A stretch of 64,000 bases of DNA from a phage. The DNA is taken from the sequence record PV806337.1; one strand, given 5' to 3'. How positions within the stretch are numbered: the stretch's first letter is position 1; the number at the start of each line of letters is the position of its first letter. The translations under genes and the position numbers were made by a program. The notes under the pieces were generated by a model. That model worked only from the letters and a program-made list of their open reading frames with translations. It did not search any database and was not told where the DNA came from. This document shows, one piece after another, positions 51,969 to 61,273 of the stretch.

Positions 51969-52720
51969 TGTCAGTATTAGTCGGTTTACATGGTGAAGCT
52001 GGTTCGGGAAAAGATACCGTTGCAAAATTAATTATCGATTGGTGTAATGACACGTATCCAACGTGTTTACCCCGTCGTTATAGTTTTGCTAAGCCCGTTT
52101 ATGAACTTGCATCCGTAATCCTCGGTGTAACTCCAGAGTTTCTAGGAGAGCGCAGGGGAAAAGAGGTTGACCAATGGTTTACGGTCACACAATCTCAATT
52201 GGAGCGAGCCAGAGATGTGTGGTTTAAGTACGGTATCGATAAGTTTGAAGACTTCTCGTACGTTTGGCCTATTTTTGAGGAAAAATATCTTAATCCTCAA
52301 CAACTTATCTCAGAGAGTAAAAAAGACGGACTTTATAGTTTATTTATTTCTCCGAGAAAAATGTTACAGCTCGTAGGAACTGAGCTAGGAAGGCAGCTGG
52401 TGCATGAACGCATTTGGCTCATAATTCTGGAGCAATCCATCGCTAAAGACGACCCAGACGTCGCCGTAATAACAGATGTTAGATTCCCCAATGAAGGAGA
52501 GTTACTCAGAGAAACAAACCATTTAGATATGGATTCTTTGATAGTAAATGTAGTACCCGCTGAGCAGAAGTTCACTATTAAATCAGATCATCCATCTGAA
52601 AGTGGTATTCCTGCAAAATATATTACTCACGAATTAGTTAATAAATTCGATGGTATCAATAACCTTAAACTAGAAGTTTATAACTTCTGTGACTTAGAGC
52701 TAGAACCACTAGTTGGATAA
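51968..52720 (+). CDS. deoxynucleoside monophosphate kinase-like P-loop kinase
   Basis: P-loop GLHGEAGSGKDT at N-terminus; about 250 aa. Confidence 0.65.
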   Translation: MSVLVGLHGEAGSGKDTVAKLIIDWCNDTYPTCLPRRYSFAKPVYELASVILGVTPEFLGERRGKEVDQWFTVTQSQLERARDVWFKYGIDKFEDFSYVWPIFEEKYLNPQQLISESKKDGLYSLFISPRKMLQLVGTELGRQLVHERIWLIILEQSIAKDDPDVAVITDVRFPNEGELLRETNHLDMDSLIVNVVPAEQKFTIKSDHPSESGIPAKYITHELVNKFDGINNLKLEVYNFCDLELEPLVG

Positions 52721-52732
52721 TCAAGGATCGCT

Positions 52733-53332
52733 ATGACTAATAAAAAAGAAGAAAAGACTAACCTGTTTCACTCCATTCGCCAATCTAATGAGTATACCTT
52801 TTTCTTTGATGAAGAATTAGGTCCACCTGATGAATACCGTGATTTATCAATGGTACTTATGCAGGCAAATGAGGACGACGAAATTAATCTGATGATTAAT
52901 GGCCCGGGTGGTTATGTTGATACTGCCGCACAGTTATCTAACTTAATTGCTAATTGCCGTGGAACAGTTATAGGACACCTGATTGGTCCTAGTGCTTCTG
53001 CTTACTGCACAATTTTCCTATCTTGTCATGGATGGGTAGTACACCCACATGCTACGCTAATGGGACACACGTTCTCTGGCGGGTTCTGTGAGAAAGGTCA
53101 AGAAATCAAGAAAGCCTATGAATCTTACAACAAGTTCGTAGAAGATATGATGCTAGATGTCTACTATCCATTCTTCTCAATAGATGAAATCGACGAGATG
53201 GTAAAAGACAACAAAAATATCTATCTAGATAGCAAGGAAATACATAAGCGTATTGAAATCTTGGCAAAATATCGATCTGAGCAATATAATAAAATGCAGT
53301 TACCTCAATCCGAGGGGCACAACGAAGAGTAA
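52733..53332 (+). CDS. ClpP-like serine peptidase (S14 fold)
   Basis: ClpP-type INGPGGYVDTAAQL and Ser/His region GPSASAY...HPHATLMGH. Confidence 0.55.
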   Translation: MTNKKEEKTNLFHSIRQSNEYTFFFDEELGPPDEYRDLSMVLMQANEDDEINLMINGPGGYVDTAAQLSNLIANCRGTVIGHLIGPSASAYCTIFLSCHGWVVHPHATLMGHTFSGGFCEKGQEIKKAYESYNKFVEDMMLDVYYPFFSIDEIDEMVKDNKNIYLDSKEIHKRIEILAKYRSEQYNKMQLPQSEGHNEE

Positions 53333-53342
53333 GTAATTTTAA

Positions 53343-53374
53343 GCCAGGGTTAAGTACCCTGGCTTTTCTTTTAT
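53343..53374 (+). terminator. rho-independent terminator before lysis cassette
   Basis: GCCAGGG-TTAAGTA-CCCTGGC followed by TTTTCTTTT. Confidence 0.75.
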
Positions 53375-53434
53375 CTAAAATTCTTCTTGACAACGACATA
53401 ATTTTGTGCTCCAAGTGTAACATTTAAAAACCCA

Positions 53435-53463
53435 TTGAAATTTTCCTCCAAAATTAGTATAAT
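53435..53463 (+). promoter_or_regulatory. promoter for holin-endolysin cassette
   Basis: -35 TTGAAA, 17 bp, -10 TATAAT, then RBS AGAGGAGG and TTG start. Confidence 0.6.
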
Positions 53464-53488
53464 GGTACTGGTTAGAGGAGGTTACAAA

Positions 53489-54145
53489 TTGGAAAAGTTC
53501 TTACAATTATTAACAGTACTGCTCCAAGAAGCGAAAGACCCAGCATCGCTTCTTAAACGTCTGCTAACTATCTTAGTTGCTGTCATTATTTTCTTATTTG
53601 TTAGTAATACTAGTGAAGTGATGTCATTCTTAAAGACTTTTTCCACGTCTGCAGTTTTACAGGATTTACAAACCCAGAGGATAGATAACTTCCCTAATGT
53701 GGCGAGGGAAAAGAGCATGGTTCTCTTCTCTCAGACGGGTGCAGATGCTGTTTTTGTAGTCAAGTATAAACCAGATGCTATCAATGACTATTCCAATATT
53801 ATTGCATGGGAAAGTAATGCGCAATTAGATAGGGCTGACTTGGCCGATAAAGCGGTAAATAAAACGTCTGAATTATACAGACGTCATTTAGAGGGCTTTA
53901 ACTACGCATCGGATCTAAGTGTAAGAGTAAATAAATATATGGGGTTAAATATACCTGCGTTTAAAAACGTTACTTTTAATTACATATACACTTGTCCATA
54001 CTTCAATCTAAAAAATATCTATGCTGGGTACATTGGTATTGCTTGGAAAGATAATCCGGTAGATACAGCTGATTCTGAACAGTTCAAGGAATATTTAGCA
54101 AAGCTCTGTTCCCCACAACAGAGATCTTTAGGTAGATCAATATGA
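53489..54145 (+). CDS. hol: holin (218 aa, TTG start)
   Basis: RBS AGAGGAGG then TTG; N-terminal TM; immediately upstream of and overlapping endolysin. Confidence 0.65.
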   Translation: MEKFLQLLTVLLQEAKDPASLLKRLLTILVAVIIFLFVSNTSEVMSFLKTFSTSAVLQDLQTQRIDNFPNVAREKSMVLFSQTGADAVFVVKYKPDAINDYSNIIAWESNAQLDRADLADKAVNKTSELYRRHLEGFNYASDLSVRVNKYMGLNIPAFKNVTFNYIYTCPYFNLKNIYAGYIGIAWKDNPVDTADSEQFKEYLAKLCSPQQRSLGRSI

Positions 54146-54555
54146 GTTTTAAATTTGGTAAAAATAGTGAAAAACAATTAGCTACCGTTAAGCCCGAACT
54201 ACAAAAAGTAGCTCGTAGGGCTTTAGAACTATCTCCGTATGATTTCACAATCGTGCAAGGTATTCGTACAGTAGCACAAAGTGCCCAGAACATTGCTAAT
54301 GGTACTTCATTTCTAAAAGATCCTAGTAAAAGCAAACATATTACTGGGGATGCTATTGATTTTGCTCCATATATTAATGGCAAAATTGATTGGAATGACT
54401 TAGAAGCATTTTGGGCAGTTAAAAAGGCTTTTGAACAAGCTGGTAAAGAGCTAGGCATTAAACTTCGTTTTGGTGCTGATTGGAATGCTTCGGGAGATTA
54501 TCACGACGAAATAAAACGTGGTACCTATGATGGCGGTCATGTCGAACTAGTTTAA
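54142..54555 (+). CDS. lys: endolysin, zinc L-alanyl-D-glutamate peptidase (M15)
   Basis: 137 aa MSFKFGKNSEKQLATVKPEL... matches my recollection of T5 endolysin; zinc ligands HITGDAID and GGHVEL. Confidence 0.9.
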   Translation: MSFKFGKNSEKQLATVKPELQKVARRALELSPYDFTIVQGIRTVAQSAQNIANGTSFLKDPSKSKHITGDAIDFAPYINGKIDWNDLEAFWAVKKAFEQAGKELGIKLRFGADWNASGDYHDEIKRGTYDGGHVELV

Positions 54556-54566
54556 TTAATAACTGA

Positions 54567-54590
54567 GGCGGGAATATTCCCGCCTTTTTA
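54567..54590 (+). terminator. rho-independent terminator after endolysin
   Basis: GGCGGGA-ATAT-TCCCGCC followed by TTTTT. Confidence 0.8.
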
Positions 54591-54632
54591 GGCAAAGGGG
54601 GCTTTAATAATTTTTGAAGATAGGAGAAAGCC

Positions 54633-55049
54633 ATGTTTGCAGAACTATTCACTATGATGCTGCTAGGTATCTGGAAAATAAGTCTAGTAGTATTCGTTTT
54701 AATGATAGTCTTTACTATCATTGCATTAACTACCCGAAATAGCTTATTAATAAAGGTTATTCACGGACTAGAGTATATAATTATGGGTTCATTCGGCGTT
54801 TGTAAATGCAATTGCCATAGAGATACGAAATATTGTTGGTTATGGATGGAACTAGAGAATCCTATATCCATAGCTTTGGCTGTTTCATTCGGTATGATTC
54901 TTATGGCCCTTACTCTAGCATTAATACCTTTGATGTTAGCTGGGGGAGTTACAGCGTATTTCACCCTTTTCTCCCCGATACTTATGTACTCAATTTACCC
55001 AATAACTATGTATCTAGTTAGGAAAAAATTTATACATACAGTAGATTAA
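54633..55049 (+). CDS. multi-pass membrane protein (138 aa)
   Basis: Track ORF with RBS AGGAGAAAG; four hydrophobic segments. Confidence 0.5.
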   Translation: MFAELFTMMLLGIWKISLVVFVLMIVFTIIALTTRNSLLIKVIHGLEYIIMGSFGVCKCNCHRDTKYCWLWMELENPISIALAVSFGMILMALTLALIPLMLAGGVTAYFTLFSPILMYSIYPITMYLVRKKFIHTVD

Positions 55050-55062
55050 GATAAAAAAGTAG

Positions 55063-55091
55063 TTGACTTTTAGCCCTAGTTATTATATAAT
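55063..55091 (+). promoter_or_regulatory. sigma70 consensus-like promoter
   Basis: -35 TTGACT, about 17 bp, -10 TATAAT upstream of 55125. Confidence 0.65.
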
Positions 55092-55124
55092 ATATACATA
55101 AATTAGTTAAGAGAGGTATATATT

Positions 55125-55556
55125 ATGTCTGATCGTTTCTATACTCAAATGGCGGAACATTTTCGTATACCACATTACGAGCTAAACATTGCACTCCGTG
55201 ATCATGACTCTCCTGAGTACAAAAAGCTCGAAAAGAAAGCGGAAAAATCTATTGATACAAAGGTAGGTGCATCTATGTCTAAGGGCAAAAAGTTAACTCG
55301 TCTTGATCTTAATAAAATTTTAACTGAACTTTTGGGTACTGATATTGAAGGTGCTAAATTACCGCTTCTTGTACTAGAGACTATGATTAAAAAGGTCAAA
55401 AATAAAGAATATAAGAAGGTAGAAGTGCCAGAAGGCAGATTGAAGGCTCCTTATCAGGAAGCATTAACCGAGTGTTTGGGTGTAAATCTTGATCTAAGCA
55501 CCGCAACCGTAAAAACTATGAAAAACTTCTTAGAGGCCATTAATAACTATGAGTAA
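55125..55556 (+). CDS. hypothetical protein (143 aa)
   Basis: Track ORF with promoter (TTGACT/TATAAT) and RBS. Confidence 0.55.
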   Translation: MSDRFYTQMAEHFRIPHYELNIALRDHDSPEYKKLEKKAEKSIDTKVGASMSKGKKLTRLDLNKILTELLGTDIEGAKLPLLVLETMIKKVKNKEYKKVEVPEGRLKAPYQEALTECLGVNLDLSTATVKTMKNFLEAINNYE

Positions 55557-55839
55557 ATTAGTATATCTATTGAAAGGTTCCACTTGCAATCCTTGCAAAA
55601 TGTTTGAGCCAGTATTTGATAAAGTAGTCAATGACTATAATTTGGAAATCCATAAAGAGACTGATAATACAGAATTAATGCAGAAATTTGGTGTGCGCCA
55701 AGTTCCTGTAGTAGTTCTGGCAGATCGCTTACCTAATGGTCGAGTAGAAGCTAATCATATTCTGATTGGACGTCAGCTTCGTAAAGAAACTATGCACGAA
55801 GCTATTAAAAATTTCCTGGATGATAATCCAGAGGACTAA
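55549..55839 (+). CDS. thioredoxin/glutaredoxin-like redoxin
   Basis: CxxC active site GSTCNPCKMFEPVF near N-terminus; 96 aa. Confidence 0.6.
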   Translation: MSKLVYLLKGSTCNPCKMFEPVFDKVVNDYNLEIHKETDNTELMQKFGVRQVPVVVLADRLPNGRVEANHILIGRQLRKETMHEAIKNFLDDNPED

Positions 55840-55847
55840 TAAACAAA

Positions 55848-55878
55848 GCCTGATCTTAGCGGATCAGGCTTTTATTTT
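55848..55878 (+). terminator. rho-independent terminator
   Basis: AGCCTGATC-TTAGCG-GATCAGGCT followed by TTTATTTT. Confidence 0.75.
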
Positions 55879-55880
55879 AC

Positions 55881-55909
55881 TTGCTTTTTGCTAAAAATTT
55901 TGGTATAAT
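55881..55909 (+). promoter_or_regulatory. T5-type promoter
   Basis: -35 TTGCTT, 17 bp, -10 TATAAT upstream of 55937. Confidence 0.7.
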
Positions 55910-55936
55910 ATTTATATAAATTGATCGGAGGATTAA

Positions 55937-56182
55937 ATGTTAGCGGAACAGGCAAAACGTTTAGCCAGAATAAATAGAGCTGCACTTCTTAAAAGCAGAA
56001 AGAAACAATATAAGTATGTTAAAAAGAGAATAGTTTCTTCTGTGGGGATTGGAGGTTCTTTTGTACAGTTTAATCGTGATGAAATTGGTTATGAAGCTAT
56101 AAAAGCCCTCTATAAAGAGGGTTATACCCTCCAACTATCTAATGATTATGGCACAACTATTTTAACTGTTATTTGGGAATAA
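55937..56182 (+). CDS. hypothetical protein (81 aa)
   Basis: Track ORF with promoter and RBS GGAGGA. Confidence 0.5.
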   Translation: MLAEQAKRLARINRAALLKSRKKQYKYVKKRIVSSVGIGGSFVQFNRDEIGYEAIKALYKEGYTLQLSNDYGTTILTVIWE

Positions 56183-56184
56183 TT

Positions 56185-57048
56185 ATGAAAAAAGAATTTA
56201 ATGTACATAAAACTCTAGTAGTGCCGGATGATGCCAACTTGTTTTTCGTTGGTGATATTCATGGGTGCAACGATTTGCTAGAAGATGCGTTAAAATTAGC
56301 TGGGTATAATAGCAAAAAAGATTGCGTAGTATGTGTTGGTGACTTAATTGACCGAGGCACACAAAACTTACAAGTTTTAGCCAAATTCCTGTATAATCCA
56401 CGCTTTATCAGTGTCCGTGGCAATCATGACCAATTTATGATTGTGGGAGATTGGGCTAACTGGATGTATAATGGTGGTATGTGGGCCATGAATGAACTAG
56501 ATGCTGACACCATTAAAAATATTGCCGAAGATATGGCTGAAAAAATGCCAGTATTCCTAACTGTTAGACATCGTGGTAAGAAGTTTGGTGTTGTTCATGG
56601 TGGTATACCTTTTACATACAAAGAATGTGGTAATGAAGTAGAAACCCCAGTATGGGATAATCTTATTGCACAAGTAGAAGCAACTAAGGAAGACCCACAT
56701 GACCATCCGGGATACCATGTTGAACCATATTTATGGGATCGAGATGTAATCCAAGAAATAGGCTTCTACTTGTCCAAAAATGGTGAGGAACACCCATATT
56801 TCCAGCGTTATGCAGGATTTAAAGAAAAATACATGGTAGAAGTGCCTGAAGTTAAAGGGGTAGATTTCGTGTTTCACGGGCATACTGGGGTCCCTTACCC
56901 ACTTCTTTATAAAAACCGTGTTTATCTTGATACTGGCGGTGTTTTCAACGGGCAGTTGACGGTTGCGCAGGTTAATGATGAAACGGGCAAAATCACCACA
57001 TTTACTACACTCCGGGAAGATAGCTGTGGTGTACAGAGGATTCTTTAA
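56185..57048 (+). CDS. Ser/Thr protein phosphatase (PPP-family metallophosphatase)
   Basis: GDIHGC, GDLIDRG, GNHD, GH motifs; track start 56173 is TTG, ATG at 56185. Confidence 0.8.
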   Translation: MKKEFNVHKTLVVPDDANLFFVGDIHGCNDLLEDALKLAGYNSKKDCVVCVGDLIDRGTQNLQVLAKFLYNPRFISVRGNHDQFMIVGDWANWMYNGGMWAMNELDADTIKNIAEDMAEKMPVFLTVRHRGKKFGVVHGGIPFTYKECGNEVETPVWDNLIAQVEATKEDPHDHPGYHVEPYLWDRDVIQEIGFYLSKNGEEHPYFQRYAGFKEKYMVEVPEVKGVDFVFHGHTGVPYPLLYKNRVYLDTGGVFNGQLTVAQVNDETGKITTFTTLREDSCGVQRIL

Positions 57049-57347
57049 TGAATGATAGAATGAAAGAAGTACGAGAAGAATTACGAGCAATGCGTATTGA
57101 TGCCCTTCGTTGGAGGGCATTAGTTAATGCTTTCGTCAAAGGAGATACTGGGGTAATATATTCTGGGATAGCAGTCAATTTTTGTTTTAATTCTCCTACT
57201 GAAATAGAGGTAGAAACAAGGCTTACTACCTATCTTAATGAGGTAGACCTTAAGGAAGGAGAGACTTCCGAGGAGTTTAAAACCAAAGTGTTAACCTCTT
57301 GGGTTGATAGTTTAATACAGAATAAGGAAAAGAGTAATGAAAGTTAA
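57048..57347 (+). CDS. hypothetical protein (99 aa)
   Basis: Track ORF overlapping previous stop. Confidence 0.5.
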   Translation: MNDRMKEVREELRAMRIDALRWRALVNAFVKGDTGVIYSGIAVNFCFNSPTEIEVETRLTTYLNEVDLKEGETSEEFKTKVLTSWVDSLIQNKEKSNES

Positions 57348-57927
57348 ATTCTGGTCAGACTTGCACCTAGACCACCCTGGAGCGTTACGTTTCCGTCCGT
57401 GGTTTAAGAACATGAAGGAGCACGATGAGTATATTCTAGACACTTTGTCCAAGCATATTGGTAAACGAACAAAACTTATTTTGCTAGGAGATATTGCAGT
57501 AGGTCGTGAAGGTCTGGCCAAGTTAAAGTCGGTTATCCACAATGTCCCTAATCAACTCATTATGGGTAATCATGATGCGGAGCGTCAAGGACTGAGTATT
57601 AGGGACTTAGCGGAAGTTTATGACGATATTCAAGCTCTAGGCAAACAGACTGGAGGTGGCAAAAAGTTTTGGCTATCTCACTGCCCTTTGCATCCCAATG
57701 AACTTCGTGGCAAACTAAATATTCACGGACATGTACATACTACTTCTTTACGTGACCCACGTTATATTAATGTCTCATTTGAAATGAGTAGAACTCCAAT
57801 TCCACTAGAGGATATTGTGTCTGGTAAGTTTACTAGTTACGATAGAGTGGTTAATTGTACTACCGGCGAGGTATTACAAATAGGAGAAGACGTAGCTGCT
57901 GTATTGCGTGGCGATATAAATGTCTAA
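57337..57927 (+). CDS. calcineurin-like metallophosphoesterase
   Basis: SDLHLDH, LLGDIAVG, GNHDAE, GHVH motifs. Confidence 0.7.
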   Translation: MKVKFWSDLHLDHPGALRFRPWFKNMKEHDEYILDTLSKHIGKRTKLILLGDIAVGREGLAKLKSVIHNVPNQLIMGNHDAERQGLSIRDLAEVYDDIQALGKQTGGGKKFWLSHCPLHPNELRGKLNIHGHVHTTSLRDPRYINVSFEMSRTPIPLEDIVSGKFTSYDRVVNCTTGEVLQIGEDVAAVLRGDINV

Positions 57928-58035
57928 GTATATAGCTGAGGTTATTATTAAACGAATCATACAGGCGATAGCAATACTTATAATCATTTGTATTGCTATT
58001 GGCACAGGATTAGGCATTTTAATTAAAAGTTTTAT

Positions 58036-58064
58036 TTGCTAAAATGCTTAAGTTTCTGTATAAT
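58036..58064 (+). promoter_or_regulatory. T5-type promoter
   Basis: -35 TTGCTA, 17 bp, -10 TATAAT upstream of 58095. Confidence 0.7.
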
Positions 58065-58094
58065 TGCTGTATAAATTGATGAGAAGGAATCAAA

Positions 58095-58526
58095 ATGAAC
58101 AAAGTTGATAAAGCTCTAGTTTTCGCAGCAGCAGATAAGTTTGAACAAGTTAAGGCAACTTTCCGAACCCTGTTTCAGTCTTACGTACAGGATAAGTCTA
58201 ATCCTATTTCTGAACGCTTGATGGTTTGGGAGTGTCATGCTTGCAATGCCTTATTAATTGCGGATTATCGTAGCGATATAGATAAAGATCTATGCGAAAT
58301 TCTTATCGCTGAGGAGGCAGAACGTTATCAGTTAGTCTCTTTCCAAGATTTGGCGGAGCATATCATTCCCGATGATCTTTGGGATAAATACTATGGTGAT
58401 CCTGAAGATGAAGGAATGACTCCAGAAGCATGTATTGAGCTGATCTGCAAAGATCATCCTGAAATTGCAGAGAAATTTGAAAAAGTTTTTGCTTCTGAGT
58501 TCTCCGGCGTTGTTAACGATTGGTAA
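58095..58526 (+). CDS. hypothetical acidic protein (143 aa)
   Basis: Track ORF with promoter and RBS. Confidence 0.55.
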   Translation: MNKVDKALVFAAADKFEQVKATFRTLFQSYVQDKSNPISERLMVWECHACNALLIADYRSDIDKDLCEILIAEEAERYQLVSFQDLAEHIIPDDLWDKYYGDPEDEGMTPEACIELICKDHPEIAEKFEKVFASEFSGVVNDW

Positions 58527-58543
58527 GTAATTAAAAAATTCAG

Positions 58544-58572
58544 TTGCTTTAAGCCTTAAAATTCTGTATAAT
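58544..58572 (+). promoter_or_regulatory. T5-type promoter
   Basis: -35 TTGCTT, 17 bp, -10 TATAAT upstream of 58605. Confidence 0.7.
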
Positions 58573-58604
58573 AAGTTCATAAATTAATGAGAGAGGAAAT
58601 TCTA

Positions 58605-58856
58605 ATGGAAAACATGACTAAAAACGAAATGGCTAACGTTCTGGCAATTCTCCTCGACATGCAGGGTTTTGAAGGACAGCTCATGAAGATGTCTATTCCG
58701 GCGATGAAAAAGATGTATGATTCTCTGAATAAGAATGCTATGGCGTTCAACCTTGCAAAACAGGAAGCTCGTTTTGCTAAAGAGCATCAAGCGACTGCCG
58801 AACGTCGTGCAGCATCTTTTGAGCGTGAAGTTAAGCAACTGAAAGGTAAGAAATAA
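58605..58856 (+). CDS. hypothetical protein (83 aa)
   Basis: ATG after RBS GAGAGAGGAAA; track start 58587 lies in promoter leader. Confidence 0.5.
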   Translation: MENMTKNEMANVLAILLDMQGFEGQLMKMSIPAMKKMYDSLNKNAMAFNLAKQEARFAKEHQATAERRAASFEREVKQLKGKK

Positions 58857-58878
58857 GGACTAAGGGAGTATATAATTA

Positions 58879-59160
58879 ATGTTGATTGAAATTCTTATTG
58901 GGTTACTAGTTCTTACTACGCTAGTAGCGATTGGCGGAGTTATTGGGATTGTGAATGCACGAAAAAGCATGGAAAATATGCTTATTACTAATGATGGACT
59001 ACACCACCGTTTGCTAGAGCAAGAGCAGGATATTGAATTAGCACAAAGACGCTCGGATATTCTTAAGGAAAAATTAAATAATATAGAAGCAGTAGTTGGG
59101 AATAATAAATTACCTGCTAAAGTAATGCGTACACAGATAATCACGGAGATTAAAAAATGA
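58879..59160 (+). CDS. membrane protein (93 aa)
   Basis: N-terminal TM LIEILIGLLVLTTLVAIGGVIGIV; RBS AAGGGAG. Confidence 0.5.
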   Translation: MLIEILIGLLVLTTLVAIGGVIGIVNARKSMENMLITNDGLHHRLLEQEQDIELAQRRSDILKEKLNNIEAVVGNNKLPAKVMRTQIITEIKK

Positions 59161-59402
59161 TGATGTTTATCCTAGCATTTTATTTGATTGTGGTAGGGGT
59201 TCTAGTTACTAAGTACCACATATGGGCACCAAATAATGTAGGTAAGGTAGCACTGTTTGTTATCCCAGTTCCACTTATTATACTTTCTATGTTACTGGTG
59301 ATGTTAATAGGTAAAGTAACAAAAACAGATGTTAAGCGCATTGCTGACGAATTGCAACAGTCCTGTGATATGGTTGAGGATATTCTTAAAGATGAAGTTT
59401 AA
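59157..59402 (+). CDS. membrane protein (81 aa)
   Basis: Two TM segments; overlaps previous stop. Confidence 0.5.
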   Translation: MMMFILAFYLIVVGVLVTKYHIWAPNNVGKVALFVIPVPLIILSMLLVMLIGKVTKTDVKRIADELQQSCDMVEDILKDEV

Positions 59403-59718
59403 TTTTAATGAATTAAATACCTTACATGAGATATTACAGTTTGTGAATAATAATATTAGTATTCCAGATGATACACTAGAAGTTCTCATGTTAATCGAGA
59501 AAAAGGTAGGAATTGAAATTGAGGATTCTTGGAAACCACTTTCTGTATTAACACCTCTTAATATGAAAGTGATAGTTAAAAATATTGATACTGGTGAAGA
59601 GTGTGAAATGATTCGTAAAGAACTAGCTGATAGCTACTCACCAAAGTCTGTAGTAATGTACCATGATGATACCGCTAAGACTCTACAGACAGCTAATTAC
59701 GTATGGCGTCTCCCATGA
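59392..59718 (+). CDS. hypothetical protein (108 aa)
   Basis: ATG overlapping previous stop; track start 59329 lies in upstream gene. Confidence 0.45.
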   Translation: MKFNFNELNTLHEILQFVNNNISIPDDTLEVLMLIEKKVGIEIEDSWKPLSVLTPLNMKVIVKNIDTGEECEMIRKELADSYSPKSVVMYHDDTAKTLQTANYVWRLP

Positions 59719-59817
59719 TTAATTTAGTACCAATTACTGCGTGGCTAATAGCACTATTAGTGCTCGCAGTTTTTATTATTGTGGAGCAGGCCAAAGTAAT
59801 AAGGAGACTTAAAAACA

Positions 59818-60018
59818 ATGATAAAACGTCTTGTTTATCAGGCACCAAAGATTGTAACTGAGTATTTTGTATTACTGCCTCAGATTGTATTTCTAACAGC
59901 ATTATTTAATATACTTTTTCGACATCTAGGAATAACGGAAAATATCTTCTACACTTCTGGACTACTTCCTTTTATGTACGAAGGCATTATCGTGGCAATT
60001 AACGGAGTTCGTAAATGA
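59818..60018 (+). CDS. small membrane protein (66 aa)
   Basis: Track ORF with RBS AAGGAGA. Confidence 0.4.
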   Translation: MIKRLVYQAPKIVTEYFVLLPQIVFLTALFNILFRHLGITENIFYTSGLLPFMYEGIIVAINGVRK

Positions 60019-60476
60019 CAGCACTACAACAACTACAGAATTACTGGTTTGATAACCAATTTAACGATCTTTTCATCCAGTTGTTTGTCGAAACGAACGG
60101 ACGCTTCAACTACCGATTCTTTAACAAGTTTCACGAAACAAAATTCTCGCATACAGAAATTAATGCAGCGATCCAAGACCTAACTGGTTCTAAAGTAGTT
60201 CAATATCGTGAAGTAGACTTTACACCAGATTGTTTTGGGTTTGAGTTGTTTAAGAAAGCATATAAATTTGGTAAGTTTGAGGATGCTCGTCAATGGGTTC
60301 ATGATTTCTGGTACAACACTGATATTGTTCCTAGTCGTGTACTGATTCTTAACTGGATTGCTAAACAACATCCGCCTAAAGCTCAATCATCCTTCTTACC
60401 AACTGACACAGGAAACCTCTACCATGACAGAAAAGAAAAATCCATTATTGGAGCAGATGAAGGAGTGGGAGAGTAA
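60015..60476 (+). CDS. hypothetical protein (153 aa)
   Basis: Track ORF overlapping previous stop. Confidence 0.5.
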   Translation: MTALQQLQNYWFDNQFNDLFIQLFVETNGRFNYRFFNKFHETKFSHTEINAAIQDLTGSKVVQYREVDFTPDCFGFELFKKAYKFGKFEDARQWVHDFWYNTDIVPSRVLILNWIAKQHPPKAQSSFLPTDTGNLYHDRKEKSIIGADEGVGE

Positions 60477-60795
60477 TATTGAATCTGGTCTAGTAGACGG
60501 AGAAGATATTGTTAACTCCATGCTAGAAGTAACAGTAGATAATATTAATCCTATTTTGGCCAAAGAAACCTCCGATCTTATAGGACTCTCTAGCACATTT
60601 GATTCTTTAGCTAAATTAGCCTTAGATGACGAAGAGATAACCAAAGAAGATCTCGCCTCAGCTATGAATATGGCTATTAACGCTTACATTGGTAAACGTA
60701 CCGATGAACTTGGTAAACAGATCAATAAGCGTGATGCTACGCTAGGTCTTATGGAAACGGCCACTATGTTAAGAAGTGGTAAACAACTTCATTAA
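60424..60795 (+). CDS. hypothetical protein (about 123 aa)
   Basis: Internal ATG (MTEKKNPLLEQ) of track ORF 60358..60795; start uncertain; terminator follows. Confidence 0.45.
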   Translation: MTEKKNPLLEQMKEWESNIESGLVDGEDIVNSMLEVTVDNINPILAKETSDLIGLSSTFDSLAKLALDDEEITKEDLASAMNMAINAYIGKRTDELGKQINKRDATLGLMETATMLRSGKQLH

Positions 60796-60802
60796 TTCTA
60801 GA

Positions 60803-60840
60803 GGCCAGGACTTAATTGTTCTGGCCTTTTGAGTACATAT
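60803..60840 (+). terminator. rho-independent terminator
   Basis: GGCCAG-GACTTAATTGTT-CTGGCC followed by TTTT. Confidence 0.65.
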
Positions 60841-60854
60841 AAAAGGAGACTATA

Positions 60855-61088
60855 GTGGAAATTGTATTAGTTATTCTTGCAATAGCACTATTATTCGCAA
60901 TCAGCGTATCTATTAAAAAGACTCGTGATCTTAATAGGACTATAGATGATAACAGAAAACTACGTGGTGAAAAGGCTAGGCTTAACCTACAACATGAAGC
61001 TCTGAAGTTATTTGTAGTTCAGGGCAATAGAAACCATACTCCTGAAGACTTTATTAAACAGCTTAAAAAGCACTTAGGGCTCAAATAA
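60855..61088 (+). CDS. small membrane protein (77 aa, GTG start)
   Basis: RBS AAGGAG; N-terminal TM IVLVILAIALLFAISV. Confidence 0.45.
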   Translation: MEIVLVILAIALLFAISVSIKKTRDLNRTIDDNRKLRGEKARLNLQHEALKLFVVQGNRNHTPEDFIKQLKKHLGLK

Positions 61089-61273
61089 TGGAAACTCTTT
61101 TTCTTTTAATGCTCGTAGGTTCTCTGTTACTAATACTAGCACTTCTACTAATCTGCAATATTCTTAATAATAAGAATCTAGAGCTAAAGTGTGAGAACCA
61201 AATCCTTAACCGTGAACTTAAACAATATAATCTAGCAGCCTATAAACTGTTAGACAAACTGGAGAATAAATAA
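61088..61273 (+). CDS. small membrane protein (61 aa)
   Basis: TM LFLLMLVGSLLLILALLLI; overlaps neighbours. Confidence 0.4.
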   Translation: METLFLLMLVGSLLLILALLLICNILNNKNLELKCENQILNRELKQYNLAAYKLLDKLENK

